Shown in pieces: positions 9,771 to 20,116 of a DNA stretch of 64,000 nt. The DNA is from Cyanobacteria bacterium auto_48_18 (GTDB lineage: Bacteria; Cyanobacteriota; Vampirovibrionia; Obscuribacterales; Obscuribacteraceae), in NCBI GenBank assembly GCA_036170915.1, contig JAVHQC010000033.1, positions 96,001 to 160,000 of the forward strand, given 5' to 3'. How positions within the stretch are numbered: position 1 is the stretch's first letter; each line of letters starts with the position of its first letter. The translations under genes and the position numbers were made by a program. The notes under the pieces were generated by a model that was not told the DNA's origin, did no database searches, and was given only the letters and a program-made list of their open reading frames with translations.

Positions 9771-10514
9771 CTAGGACGGTGGCTGTATAGGTTCGAAAGT
9801 GTGACCCAGCTCTTTACTGCGCTTGATAATTTCGCGAGTAGCATTGATGGTTTGCTGGGCCGTGCTTTGCCCTTCGTGCAGCACCACCAGCTCGTTGCCC
9901 GGGATGGCGTGCATGATGCGTTTAACTACGGCGGCCTCACCAATGGCGCGGTAGTCGTCTGCCATGGCTCCCCAGTAAACCGCCGACATCTGGCGCTCTT
10001 TGAGAATGGCAGCGGCGCGTTTATCCATTAAGCCGAAGGGTGGGCGAAAGAGTGCGGCGCTCGAGGCTGTAATTTCCATGATCAAATTATTGGTGACATC
10101 AATCTGTTTCTCAATGGCCCGAGTGCTTAAGGCCGGCAAGAACATATGATCAAGCGAATGATTGGCAATGGTGTGTCCGGCCTTGTGCACTGCTTGCACA
10201 AGCTCAGGGTAACGTCTTACATTGTCGCCAATAAAAAAGAACGTGCCTTTAACGTTCTCTTCAGATAGCACTACCAGTAGTTCTAGTGTGGTGGCAGGGT
10301 TAGGCCCGTCATCAAATGTTAAATTGATTTGGCGGCTTGTGGCAATGCGTCGCGCCGCCTGGTTCTTTGACCAATATCCGGCTGGTAAAATTGGTTTTGC
10401 CAGTGAAGTAAGCAAGTTCATGTTGAGATTGTGCAGTTTATTCTGAAAATCTTCTTTTGCAACCTGACGCTTCTCACTGACTTCATTTTCGTCTTTGTCT
10501 GAGTCGTCAGGCAT
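9771..10514 (-). CDS. Polysaccharide/peptidoglycan deacetylase (CE4, NodB domain)
   Basis: TFDDGP, NHSLDH, FRPPFG, VLHEG; ATG at 10514 preferred (GAGG upstream), alternative start 10526. Confidence 0.92.
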   Translation of the reverse strand: MPDDSDKDENEVSEKRQVAKEDFQNKLHNLNMNLLTSLAKPILPAGYWSKNQAARRIATSRQINLTFDDGPNPATTLELLVVLSEENVKGTFFFIGDNVRRYPELVQAVHKAGHTIANHSLDHMFLPALSTRAIEKQIDVTNNLIMEITASSAALFRPPFGLMDKRAAAILKERQMSAVYWGAMADDYRAIGEAAVVKRIMHAIPGNELVVLHEGQSTAQQTINATREIIKRSKELGHTFEPIQPPS

Positions 10515-11346
10515 GACTTGCCTCACTCAGGTCTTCAGGTTGCGACAATTTGGTGGCATTTTGAATTAGTGTGTGAATCGCCCGACGCGCCCGCTCGCCT
10601 ACTTCGGCTGAGCGTCTCTGAGCGATTGATTCGATGGCGCTGGCAAAGGCGTAAAATCTTTCAATTGATAAGTGCGTTGCTTTCGGATGCGGTAAGAGGC
10701 TGCGCAAATAGCCGCGCAAATTGTTTGATTCTTTTTCTGTCAGTGGGTCCAAAATAGCAAGCAAGGGCTTGAGCATTTTTATGGAAATGAGCGGCCGTTG
10801 ATAAGCAAATACTCCGCGGGAAAGGGCGCGGTGTATTAAGCGACAATGGGGCAGCGGTGCCTTTTTATCGCGTCCAGCTTCAGGAATTTTAGAGAGCTCC
10901 GGTTGCCACTGATCGAAGTCGTGCAAGACATGTAAAACCGATGGCGAGGTTTGACCATATGAGCTATTTATGGGCAGCAAGCCATAGATAAAAGGTCTTG
11001 ATTCGCATCTGTCTACGTCTTTAGATACGTTCAGCAAAACTGAAGCGATGTTACTCGAGCGAACGATAATTGCCTGCTCGTTTACCTGATTAATGCGTCC
11101 GGGGGCGAAAGCGACTTCTTTGACGGCAAATTCTTGGCAGAGCAACATGTCGAGCACATTGTCGCCTACAAGAGCGCCAAACTCTGCGGTGGTGATATTG
11201 CCGGCGACAAAATAGATAGTGACGTCCGGAATCTGGCGGCCAAATCTAACTGAGAGTACTCCGGTGACCCGCTCAAGGCTGAGAAATTGCATCACATTAA
11301 AGAGAGTGCCTTCTCTAACAGATGTTATATGAAAGCTAATGCCCAA
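10507..11346 (-). CDS. DUF4388/PATAN-like domain protein
   Basis: N-terminal GTLFNVMQFLSLERVTGVL...IYFVAGNITTA pattern. Confidence 0.7.
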   Translation of the reverse strand: MGISFHITSVREGTLFNVMQFLSLERVTGVLSVRFGRQIPDVTIYFVAGNITTAEFGALVGDNVLDMLLCQEFAVKEVAFAPGRINQVNEQAIIVRSSNIASVLLNVSKDVDRCESRPFIYGLLPINSSYGQTSPSVLHVLHDFDQWQPELSKIPEAGRDKKAPLPHCRLIHRALSRGVFAYQRPLISIKMLKPLLAILDPLTEKESNNLRGYLRSLLPHPKATHLSIERFYAFASAIESIAQRRSAEVGERARRAIHTLIQNATKLSQPEDLSEASHA

Positions 11347-11410
11347 ATAGACCGCCTCAAGATGCCCCGCCCATAAATAGATTATATGGCAGACAAGAAA
11401 GCCTGGCTAC

Positions 11411-12001
11411 TCATTGCGTCTCAAAAAACTCGCCAAGCTGGCTCTTCTCAGTAAATTTGGCAGCGCGACACCAGTCAAGCAAAACCAGATCATGCTTCTT
11501 GAGAAAACCCGCAAGAACAGGGCTTGCTTTTTCGGCGTCCATCCCGCCATAAGGCACGATACCAATACTGGTGGCATTACCTTGCTCGGCCTGACCGTAG
11601 ACAATCAGGCCACCAGCACCTTTAAAGGCATAGCCGTCTTTGACCACACCAGCTACCTTGCCACCATTGATAAAATATGTGATGCCACTATAAGATGTTT
11701 GGTGGCCGAGTTCGGTTTGTATTTGCGCCACAGAAAGGCTTTTACTTGGCAATGTGATAATAGGCGCTCTTCGATGCATGGCGGTGAAACTACAAGTAGC
11801 TGTTCTTTTGTGCTCGTAAATCTCTCTGATGCCTTTCAGTTCTTTGGCAATCGCTGTAGACATGGTCAGTGAAATCATCTCAACTTGACGCCAGTCGTCT
11901 TCATGCATTTCCAGTTCCAGCGAAGATGCGCTGACACTGGCGGTTTTGTCCAGCTCACCGAGATCGCTGCATAAAGTTGGTATGGAATAGAGAATGTCCA
12001 C
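11411..12001 (-). CDS. Hypothetical protein (HEDDWRQVE motif)
   Basis: AGGAG RBS upstream of GTG, co-oriented directly after murE. Confidence 0.7.
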   Translation of the reverse strand: MDILYSIPTLCSDLGELDKTASVSASSLELEMHEDDWRQVEMISLTMSTAIAKELKGIREIYEHKRTATCSFTAMHRRAPIITLPSKSLSVAQIQTELGHQTSYSGITYFINGGKVAGVVKDGYAFKGAGGLIVYGQAEQGNATSIGIVPYGGMDAEKASPVLAGFLKKHDLVLLDWCRAAKFTEKSQLGEFFETQ

Positions 12002-12015
12002 GGCTCTGACTCCTG

Positions 12016-13620
12016 CTATTTGCTTGTCAGAGTACCAAAGCGTTTTTCCAGAGCCTTGGCCACTTCGATGCGATCATCAAAATCAATAGTGCGGTCCCCT
12101 AAAATTTGATAGGTCTCATGGCCTTTGCCGGCCACAACAACAACGTCTTTGATATTGGCCGAAAGCACTGCGGCTTCAATCGCTTTAGCTCGGTCGGCTT
12201 CTACTGTCACGCCTCTGAGGCGCTTGATGCCAGTGAGTATGTCGGCGATGATTTGCTGCGGATCTTCTGAGCGGGGATTGTCTGAAGTAACTATCAGTTC
12301 GTCGGCTAGATTCTCAGCTATTTCTCCCATTTGAGGGCGCTTGGAGGCGTCGCGATCGCCGCCGCAGCCAAAGATAGCGATTAATTTGCCGTCTTCGGGA
12401 ACCAGTGCTCGTGCAGCTTTGAGGATATTCTCCAGGCCGTCTGGTGTGTGTGCATAGTCGACGATGCAGAGAGGTGGGCGGTTGGTAGTGGCCAGGTGAG
12501 CCGGCAATGAAACAACTTCGAAGCGACCAGAAACTCCAGCAAAATCAGTCAGGGCCTCGGCAATGGCTTCTTTTTCTACACCCTCACCCATACATACAGC
12601 CATGGCAGCCATAATATTGTAGAGATTGAAGCGGCCGGTAAGTTTGGTGGAAAATGAAATGACACCACTGGGAGTGGCAAGCGTAAGCTTCATGCCCGAG
12701 AAATCAAAGTTTCCTTTCTTGACGTGAATCGATGCTTTTTCGCTGTAACCGTAAGTGATTAGATTGATATCTTTGGCTGTAGCCTTGATGAATTCAGGGG
12801 CCAATTCATCGTCTAAGTTAATAACAGCTGTGCGCGGATGTACTGCACTTTTACCGAGCATTTCAAATAGCTGGCGTTTTGATTGCCAGTAGTGCTCCAT
12901 GGTTTTGTGAAAATCGAGGTGGTCTTGAGTGATGTTGCTCAAGCAGGCAGCGGCAAAATTGCAGCCATAAACACGCTTAAGGGAAAGCGCATGACTTGAT
13001 ACTTCCATGGCGATTTTTTTCACGCCGCGATTGGCCATGGTGAAGAGTAAGGCCTGCAGATCGGAAGCCTGTGGGGTGGTGTGTTTTACATCTAAATATT
13101 CACTTTCGCCTTGATATTTTCCATCAACAAATGATGGAATGCGAGCCCCGAGGGTACCCACCAGGCCGGTTGGTTGGCCGTTGGCATTGAGAATTTGTTC
13201 GATCAAGTGAGTAGTTGTGGTTTTGCCATTTGTGCCGGTTACTCCGAGCAAACGTAATTTTTTGCTTGGCTGATCGTATAAATCGGCTGATACTGCGGCG
13301 ATTGCTGCGCGAGCGTCGTTGACCACAACCAGCGGCACCGAATATGGGCCGCTTTCTTTTTCGGAGAAAACAACACTGGCGCCTTTAGCCACAGCATCGT
13401 TGATAAATTTATTGCCGTCTGTTGTGAAGCCTTCAATAGAAAAGAAAGCGTTGCCAGGCTCAACATGACGTGAGTCGTAAGCAATGCCTGTAACATTGAC
13501 ATCACTAGATGCCTGAGCCGGCACCTCTCTAGCTGCAAGAGCCGCCCCGTGATCACGGCGCAGCTCTGACAATAGTTGCTTTAATGCTTTTTGAGCAGGT
13601 GGATCAAACTGGGTAGACAC
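12016..13620 (-). CDS. murE: UDP-N-acetylmuramoyl-L-Ala-D-Glu--2,6-diaminopimelate ligase
   Basis: [33 protein letters not shown] (DAP-specificity motif), AGKGHE. Confidence 0.97.
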   Translation of the reverse strand: MSTQFDPPAQKALKQLLSELRRDHGAALAAREVPAQASSDVNVTGIAYDSRHVEPGNAFFSIEGFTTDGNKFINDAVAKGASVVFSEKESGPYSVPLVVVNDARAAIAAVSADLYDQPSKKLRLLGVTGTNGKTTTTHLIEQILNANGQPTGLVGTLGARIPSFVDGKYQGESEYLDVKHTTPQASDLQALLFTMANRGVKKIAMEVSSHALSLKRVYGCNFAAACLSNITQDHLDFHKTMEHYWQSKRQLFEMLGKSAVHPRTAVINLDDELAPEFIKATAKDINLITYGYSEKASIHVKKGNFDFSGMKLTLATPSGVISFSTKLTGRFNLYNIMAAMAVCMGEGVEKEAIAEALTDFAGVSGRFEVVSLPAHLATTNRPPLCIVDYAHTPDGLENILKAARALVPEDGKLIAIFGCGGDRDASKRPQMGEIAENLADELIVTSDNPRSEDPQQIIADILTGIKRLRGVTVEADRAKAIEAAVLSANIKDVVVVAGKGHETYQILGDRTIDFDDRIEVAKALEKRFGTLTSK

Positions 13621-13855
13621 TTACCAATTTGCGTCCTCTGGATTCTTCGTAACGAACAATTCCTTCCATGATGGAAAAGAGGGTGTCATCAGATCCGCGC
13701 AACACATTTTTTCCGGGATGGATTTTAGTGCCGCGCTGTCTTACCAGAATATTGCCGGAAGCGACTGCTTCGCCGCCGTAGACTTTTACGCCAAGGCGCT
13801 TCGGTTGGCTGTCTCTGCCGTTTCTTGTAGAGCCCGCGCCCTTCTTATGTGCCAT
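13604..13855 (-). CDS. rpmA: 50S ribosomal protein L27
   Basis: [16 protein letters not shown]...RLGVK...VRQRGT. Confidence 0.99.
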   Translation of the reverse strand: MAHKKGAGSTRNGRDSQPKRLGVKVYGGEAVASGNILVRQRGTKIHPGKNVLRGSDDTLFSIMEGIVRYEESRGRKLVSVYPV

Positions 13856-13861
13856 TGACGG

Positions 13862-14353
13862 TTACTCCTTTGAAGCTTTCTCAGGTGAAGCTTTTACTGT
13901 TGAAGCTTTTTCTGCTGCTGGTTTCTCAGCTTTAGCTTTAGTGGCCTTTTCAGGTGCTTTCTCAGCAGCAGATTTGCTTTCGGCTTTAGCTACAACTTTG
14001 TTGTCGAGCTCGATGGAATCAATCATCACGCGAGTGGACTGCACTCTATGACCTTGCTTCTTACGTGTGCCCTTTTTAGATTTCATGTGATAGACAATCA
14101 CTTTGGTCGCCTTAATGGTCGACTGAATGCGGCCGTGCACTTCGTTCACTTCCAATTTGGAAATGACTTTGCCTGTCACTTTTGCGCCTTGCACATAAGG
14201 AGCGCCGATAGTGGAGTTGGCTCCATCGACCAGCATCACCACGCGGTCAAAGACGTGAGTTGTCCCTTCTTCTTCGCCGGACATGTCGATATCAATGTAC
14301 CGACCAGCGTGTAATTCATATTGCCTTCCGCAGGCTTCAACAATCGCGAACAT
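13862..14353 (-). CDS. rplU: 50S ribosomal protein L21 with Lys/Ala/Glu-rich C-terminal tail
   Basis: MFAIVE..GRQY, IGAPYV.GAKV, RKKQGHR; directly upstream of rpmA. Confidence 0.95.
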   Translation of the reverse strand: MFAIVEACGRQYELHAGRYIDIDMSGEEEGTTHVFDRVVMLVDGANSTIGAPYVQGAKVTGKVISKLEVNEVHGRIQSTIKATKVIVYHMKSKKGTRKKQGHRVQSTRVMIDSIELDNKVVAKAESKSAAEKAPEKATKAKAEKPAAEKASTVKASPEKASKE

Positions 14354-14562
14354 TTTCGTCTCCAGCTATTGAACTCAGGCGAGTCTTTTTCCGTCTATAT
14401 AGACGACTGCTTACGGCTCTCGAAACGGAGAACCTCTTGCTTGGACACAAGCCAAGTCGGAATAGTACCAAAAGCTGGCATGGCGGTCAAACTTAGTTGT
14501 CTTAAATAGACGCTAAATGGCAATAATCGGTAAACTTTATAGACCTTTATAAGGAGTGGAGC

Positions 14563-14748
14563 ATGTCTGACGCAGTGAACGAAGCCGAGCTGGGGCGTAG
14601 TAAATACAGCAATACTCCGAAAGAGCATCTCTATCACTTGCTTACTATCGGCTGGGAGCCTAATAGTCCTCTCATAATCAAATATGTTGTTGAAAATGCT
14701 TTGCAAAAAGACTTGAATGACTGGCTGGCGCTCAATAAAATCAAATAA
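14563..14748 (+). CDS. Small hypothetical protein
   Basis: AAGGAG RBS upstream of the ATG; fills the gap between rplU and the peroxiredoxin. Confidence 0.65.
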   Translation: MSDAVNEAELGRSKYSNTPKEHLYHLLTIGWEPNSPLIIKYVVENALQKDLNDWLALNKIK

Positions 14749-14871
14749 TCGACCTCTGTGGCTTTGTCGCCAAATTGTGAGCTTTCCATTAAACATATAA
14801 AGGATTTAAGAAGCGCCCCCTAATATGGTGTGACTGAATACTACACAAAGTTTTTTTGGAGAATTATCTCT

Positions 14872-15411
14872 ATGTTGCAAGTTGGAAAAAGAGCTCCTGA
14901 CTTTGATATGCCCTCTACCAAGGATCTGAAGACCTTGAAAGAGAACGTCAAATTGTCAGATTACAAAGGTAAATGGCTCGTTCTTTTCTTTTATCCATTA
15001 GATTTCACTTTCGTTTGCCCTACCGAACTTAAGGCTTTCTCGGATAAATATGATGAAGTGAAAAAAGCCGGCGCTGAAGTTCTCGCTATCTCAACAGACA
15101 GCGTTTTCAGCCACAGAGCCTGGATTAATACTCCAGATGCTCAAGGCGGACTCGGTCCAGTTAAATATGTACTCGCTTCTGACATCACCAAAGATGTAAG
15201 CCGCGACTACGGCGTATTGATCGAAGATAAAGGCATCGCTCTGCGCGGCCTGTTCATCATCGACCAAGACGGCGTTCTTCAATATCAAGTCGTACACGGC
15301 TTGAATATTGGTCGTTCAGTTGACGAAACCCTTCGCGTTCTTGAAGCTCTCAAGACCGGCGGACTTTGCGCAGCTGATTGGAAGCCAGGCCAAAAGCCTC
15401 TTTCAGTTTAA
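14872..15411 (+). CDS. 2-Cys peroxiredoxin (AhpC/YkuU-like)
   Basis: FYPLDFTFVCPTE, GRSVDETLRVL, GLCAADW; ATG 14872 follows GGAGA. Confidence 0.95.
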   Translation: MLQVGKRAPDFDMPSTKDLKTLKENVKLSDYKGKWLVLFFYPLDFTFVCPTELKAFSDKYDEVKKAGAEVLAISTDSVFSHRAWINTPDAQGGLGPVKYVLASDITKDVSRDYGVLIEDKGIALRGLFIIDQDGVLQYQVVHGLNIGRSVDETLRVLEALKTGGLCAADWKPGQKPLSV

Positions 15412-15460
15412 TTGACGCCTAATTTGCGCATTTAAAACGAAGCGAATAAATATCAAACAA

Positions 15461-15494
15461 AAGGGCCGCCTATTTGGGCGGCTCTTCTGTTTTT
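15461..15494 (+). terminator. Putative intrinsic terminator after the peroxiredoxin
   Basis: aagggccgcc...ggcggctctt stem followed by a T-rich tract. Confidence 0.7.
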
Positions 15495-15555
15495 CGCAGT
15501 AATTTGTTGCTCGTAAGCGTTAGAATTACTAAGACGAATAAATCAGGAGGACCCT

Positions 15556-16017
15556 ATGCCACTTCGAATGGATGCTCCCTTACCATCACTGGATGGCGGG
15601 ACAGACTGGTTCAACAGTGAACCGATAACGCTTGAAGATCTCAAAGGCCAGCCAGTTTTAATTCACTATTGGGCCATAAGTTGTGGAATTTGCAAAGAGT
15701 CTCTGCCTGACATCAATCGCTGGATTGATGAGTACGGTCCAAAGGGATTGAAAATTATTTCAGTGCACATGCCGCGTCAAGAGTCAGACACTAATGTGCC
15801 AGAAGTTAAAAAAGCAATTGATGAGTATGAAGTGAGACAACCATGTGTTGTTGATAACTGGCATGCCATCACTGATCGCTTTGAAAATAAATATGTGCCG
15901 GCTTTTTATCTTTTTGATTCAGAGCACAAAATGCGACATTTCCAGGCCGGGGAAAAAGCGGTCAAAATGACAGAGCCAGTCATTCAGCGCGTTCTAGGCA
16001 TCACCCAAACCGTCTAA
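15556..16017 (+). CDS. Thiol-disulfide oxidoreductase (YkuV/AhpT-like redoxin)
   Basis: LIHYWAISCGICKE, VHMPR, FENKYVPA, RHFQAG resemble Bacillus YkuV as I recall it; AGGAGG RBS. Confidence 0.88.
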   Translation: MPLRMDAPLPSLDGGTDWFNSEPITLEDLKGQPVLIHYWAISCGICKESLPDINRWIDEYGPKGLKIISVHMPRQESDTNVPEVKKAIDEYEVRQPCVVDNWHAITDRFENKYVPAFYLFDSEHKMRHFQAGEKAVKMTEPVIQRVLGITQTV

Positions 16018-16054
16018 ACAGACAAACTTACTTTTCAATTTATAGGTGCAGATT

Positions 16055-17482
16055 ATGGGTAATGCCACTGTTGATAAATCAGCCGACAAATCAGCTGATA
16101 AGTCAGACAAATCCGAAAAAGAAAAATCGGAGAGCAAAGAGAAAGATTCACAGGGTGGACTAAAAACCGCTGACGCTCAGCCACTGGTTTTTGAACGCTC
16201 AGGGAAACTTTTCACCCGGGCCAAAGAACACATTCCAGGTGGTGTCAATTCACCGGTGCGTTCCTGTAAATCTGTAGGCGTAGACCCTATCTTCATGGCC
16301 AACGCCGATGGCCCGCACATCTATGATGAAGACAAAAATTGCTACCTCGACTATGTGGGCTCATGGGGCGCCATGATTCTTGGTCATTGCCATCCTCGAG
16401 TAATGGAAGCGATTGAAACTGCAGTTCGCCGAGGCACCAGTTATGGTGCTCCCTGTAGAGCTGAAGTGGAAATAGCCGAACTGATTTGCTCGATGGTGCC
16501 ATCGATAGAAATGGTGCGCATGGTCAACTCAGGCACTGAAGCCTGCATGTCGGCTATCCGCCTGGCTCGCGCTTTTACTAAGCGTTCGCTGATCGTCAAG
16601 TTTGACGGTTGCTACCATGGTCACGCTGATTCATTTTTAGTTAAAGCAGGCTCTGGTATGGCTACTCTTGGTATTTCAAGCTCACCTGGTGTGCCTGAAG
16701 AATTGACCAAGTTGACGATTTCTCTACCTTACAACGATGTTGATGCACTGCGCGAAGCTTTTGCTAAAAAAGGCGACGAGATTGCCGCCATCATTGTCGA
16801 GCCTATTGTTGGTAACGCCGGTTTAATTGAACCTAGCGAAGATTTCATCAAATGCATGACCGGCCTTTGCAAAGACACCGGAGCGCTTCTCATTTATGAT
16901 GAAGTAATGACCGGTTTCAGAGTGGCCATGGGTGGTGCTCAAGAGCGTCAGAACGTCAAACCCGATTTAAGTTGTTTCGGCAAAGTAATTGGTGGTGGTT
17001 TGCCGGTTGGTGCTTATGGTGGCCGTAAAGACATTATGGAACACATCGCACCACAAGGTGATGTCTATCAAGCCGGAACTCTATCAGGCAATCCACTGGC
17101 TATGGCTGCTGGTCTTGCACAATTGCGTTTCCTCAAGCAAACCAAACCGCACGAGAGATTAGGCGAAATTACCGAAATGCTGGCCAAAGGAATTGTTGAA
17201 ATCGGCGAGAAATTGTCGGTACCAGTACAGGTGGCACATGTGCCTGGAATGCTCAGTTTCTTCTTTACTGATAAACCAGTAACTGATTTTGCCGGCGCCC
17301 AAAAGTCTGATACCGAATTGTTTGCTAAAGTCTGGCGTGGGCTGCTTGAACGTGGCATCTACTGGCCACCTTCACAGTTTGAATCAGCCTTTGTTTCAAT
17401 CATTCATTCTAAGGCGGACGTGAGACAAACACTTGAAGCCTTTGAAGGAAGTTTGAAAGAAGCTACGGCTAAATCTAAGTAA
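16055..17482 (+). CDS. hemL: Glutamate-1-semialdehyde 2,1-aminomutase
   Basis: PGGVNSPVR, VNSGTEA, GCYHGH, DEVMTGFR, GKVIGGGLPVGAYGG; charged N-terminal extension; alternative start 16046. Confidence 0.97.
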   Translation: MGNATVDKSADKSADKSDKSEKEKSESKEKDSQGGLKTADAQPLVFERSGKLFTRAKEHIPGGVNSPVRSCKSVGVDPIFMANADGPHIYDEDKNCYLDYVGSWGAMILGHCHPRVMEAIETAVRRGTSYGAPCRAEVEIAELICSMVPSIEMVRMVNSGTEACMSAIRLARAFTKRSLIVKFDGCYHGHADSFLVKAGSGMATLGISSSPGVPEELTKLTISLPYNDVDALREAFAKKGDEIAAIIVEPIVGNAGLIEPSEDFIKCMTGLCKDTGALLIYDEVMTGFRVAMGGAQERQNVKPDLSCFGKVIGGGLPVGAYGGRKDIMEHIAPQGDVYQAGTLSGNPLAMAAGLAQLRFLKQTKPHERLGEITEMLAKGIVEIGEKLSVPVQVAHVPGMLSFFFTDKPVTDFAGAQKSDTELFAKVWRGLLERGIYWPPSQFESAFVSIIHSKADVRQTLEAFEGSLKEATAKSK

Positions 17483-17519
17483 TAAGCTTTCGTTTCTCAG
17501 TGAAGTAAGTGAGGATATT

Positions 17520-17819
17520 GTGCAATTTATCGTAACTGGATACGACGGTTCTGACGCGGGTGCACTTGAACGTCGTACTGCCGTTCGCGAAGCGCATTTA
17601 GTTGGTGCCACAGCCATGAAAGCAGCGGGCCAACTTTTGTTCGGTACGGCTATTTTGAATGACGACGACAAAATGATTGGTTCAATATTGGTGGTTGAAT
17701 ATCCTGATCGTGCCGCTGTGGATGCCTGGCTTAAAGTTGAGCCTTATGTGGTTGGTGATGTCTGGCGCAAGATTGAAATTGCTCCATGCCGCGTGGCACC
17801 GATGTTTCAGGCTAAATAA
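17520..17819 (+). CDS. YciI family protein
   Basis: RTAVREAHL, GSILVVEY, EPYVVGDVW. Confidence 0.88.
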   Translation: MQFIVTGYDGSDAGALERRTAVREAHLVGATAMKAAGQLLFGTAILNDDDKMIGSILVVEYPDRAAVDAWLKVEPYVVGDVWRKIEIAPCRVAPMFQAK

Positions 17820-17934
17820 ACTGTGCCGCCCTGGCAAGATTAGATAGAAGATTAGATGGAAGGCAGGTGTCTTCTCTAAACTTAACCGTGCACGTTTCAG
17901 TTTGCGAAGATTAAAAGCACCTGTTTCAGTTTTA

Positions 17935-18681
17935 TTAGACCTCCACCTCCGATCTCATAATTGCTCTGGCCACCGTCAAAACAGTCACTTTTTTAGCTCC
18001 AGCTGCCATTAGCGCGTCGCGGCACGCAAGCGCAGTGGCACCTGATGTCAGCACGTCGTCAATCAAGATCACTGATTTGCCCTCGACACGTGGCGAAGCG
18101 CTAAAGGCATCTTTCACATTGGCTGAGCGTTTTAATTTACTCAAACCGTATTGTGGCTCAGTTATTCGTGTGCGAATTAAAGCTCTGCTGTCATGCTTTA
18201 AACCAGCGAGACGTGCCAGTTGACGAGCGATTAAATCACTTTGATTGAATCCTCTCTCTTTTAATTTTTTCCGGTGCAATGGTACTGCTACAACAATTAC
18301 ACCTTTTTTCCCTTCCTTTAAAAGTGATGACAACGCTGGCAATAGCAGCTGTGCCAGTTCGCCGCCCAGGTGAGTCATGCCGCGATATTTAAATGTGCGT
18401 ATAGTATCGCGTGCGGTGCCTTGATAGGCGTAGACGCTGACGCATTTCATGGGGGTGTCGCCACCAATGGTGCAACAAATTAAATTCTGAACGCCCTGAC
18501 AATGTAGTTTTTGCACACAAGATTGACAGAGAAATTTTGACTGTGGACACTTGTGAATATTTAGTGAAAGGGGCGGAGGCAATATTTCCTTTTCGCACAC
18601 GTTGCAAATGCGACTGCCAAGTAAAATTGCTGCACGCGACTCAAGATTGATAAACAACTGTTTGACTATTTGAAAAAACAT
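17935..18681 (-). CDS. ComF family protein (Zn ribbon + phosphoribosyltransferase)
   Basis: CNVC/CQSC, VPLH, RGFNQS, ILIDDVLTSGAT. Confidence 0.92.
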   Translation of the reverse strand: MFFQIVKQLFINLESRAAILLGSRICNVCEKEILPPPLSLNIHKCPQSKFLCQSCVQKLHCQGVQNLICCTIGGDTPMKCVSVYAYQGTARDTIRTFKYRGMTHLGGELAQLLLPALSSLLKEGKKGVIVVAVPLHRKKLKERGFNQSDLIARQLARLAGLKHDSRALIRTRITEPQYGLSKLKRSANVKDAFSASPRVEGKSVILIDDVLTSGATALACRDALMAAGAKKVTVLTVARAIMRSEVEV

Positions 18682-18749
18682 AGTGATATCCCTCCTTTCT
18701 CTTTAACGAGTGGGAGGCGATTAAAGTTCAAGTAGAATGGCTAAATTAA

Positions 18750-20024
18750 TTGGAGTTGAAACTGACCGTGCAATTTGAAGAGTTGATTGAAGAGGCTGAA
18801 ATTGAGTTGAAAGATGCTTTCGCTCGCATTGACGGCATCGCCTTGATTAATCAGAAGAGAGTGCTTGATAGCTACCGTCAGCATCAAATCACCGAAGAAT
18901 ATTTCGCTGAGCGCACCGGTTACGGAATAGACGACATCGGGCGCGAAATGATCGACAAAGTTTTCGCCTCAGTGTTTCAAGCTGAAGCCGCGGCCGTGCG
19001 CGTGCAGATGGTGTCAGGCACGCACGCCATAGCCTGTGCTTTGTTCGGCAACCTTGAGCCGGGCGACACAATGGTGGTTTTGACTGGCAAACCCTATGAC
19101 ACCCTCGAGGAAGTTATCGGCATTGGCGAGCAACCAGTGCGGGGGTCGCTTAAATCGCTGGGAGTGCACTATAAAGAATTGGCTCTTGACGCTGGCGCGT
19201 CTGCGGCTGAATTGGCCGCAGAAATAAAGGCAGTGGCACCGGCGAAGCTCTATCACATCCAAAAATCACGCGGTTACTCAGTGGCACGGCCGACTTTGTC
19301 TAATGCCGACATCGCCAAGCTAGCTCTTGCCGTGAAGAGCGTAGACGCAAATGCCATCGTCTTTGTTGATAACTGCTATGGCGAGTTTGTGGAAGACAAA
19401 GAGCCCGTGGCGGTGGGCGCCGATCTAATGGCTGGCTCTCTGATAAAAAATCCGGGGGGAGGCCTGGCACTCACCGGTGGATACGTGGCTGGCCGCAAAG
19501 ATCTCGTGGAAGGCGCCTTATTGCGGTTAACTGCACCAGGTATCGGCGGCCATCTCGGCATTACTTTCAATCAGAATCGTCCGATTTTGCAGGGCCTTTT
19601 CCTTGCTCCGTCTGTGGTCTCGCAGGCGGTGAAAGGGGCCATGCTGGTGGCCTGCGTCTTTAAGAAACTTGGTCTTAAAGTTAATCCGGAGCCGCTGGAT
19701 GCTCGTTATGACATCATTCAGGCCGTAGAATTCGGCAGGCGCGATAGTCTTATAAATTTCTGCCGCGCATTGCAGAGCTTTTCGCCGGTGAACGCTCATG
19801 TGGCACCTGAGCCGAGTTCGATGCCCGGATACGCTGATCAGGTGATTATGGCCGGCGGTACGTTCATTGAGGGGGCTACCATCGAACTTTCAGCAGATGG
19901 TCCGCTGCGGCCGCCTTACGCCGTTTATTTGCAAGGAGGTCTCTCATATCTTCATGTTAAGTGCGCGCTTCTGGGCTCTTTAAATCTCTCAGCGCAAGGT
20001 CTCACGCCTTTCCTTCCCTCTTAA
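18750..20024 (+). CDS. Methionine gamma-lyase family / aluminium-resistance (YnbB-like) PLP protein
   Basis: VSGTHAI, FVDNCYGEFVE, GSLIKNPGGG, MAGGTFIEGATIELSADGP. Confidence 0.92.
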   Translation: MELKLTVQFEELIEEAEIELKDAFARIDGIALINQKRVLDSYRQHQITEEYFAERTGYGIDDIGREMIDKVFASVFQAEAAAVRVQMVSGTHAIACALFGNLEPGDTMVVLTGKPYDTLEEVIGIGEQPVRGSLKSLGVHYKELALDAGASAAELAAEIKAVAPAKLYHIQKSRGYSVARPTLSNADIAKLALAVKSVDANAIVFVDNCYGEFVEDKEPVAVGADLMAGSLIKNPGGGLALTGGYVAGRKDLVEGALLRLTAPGIGGHLGITFNQNRPILQGLFLAPSVVSQAVKGAMLVACVFKKLGLKVNPEPLDARYDIIQAVEFGRRDSLINFCRALQSFSPVNAHVAPEPSSMPGYADQVIMAGGTFIEGATIELSADGPLRPPYAVYLQGGLSYLHVKCALLGSLNLSAQGLTPFLPS

Positions 20025-20116
20025 AAGAAGTCTCGAATTTAATATTGACGCCCACTTTTAAGACTATTCTCCTTATAATTGGGTGAGTTCAACATTACTT
20101 GTTTGAGGATTTGCTA

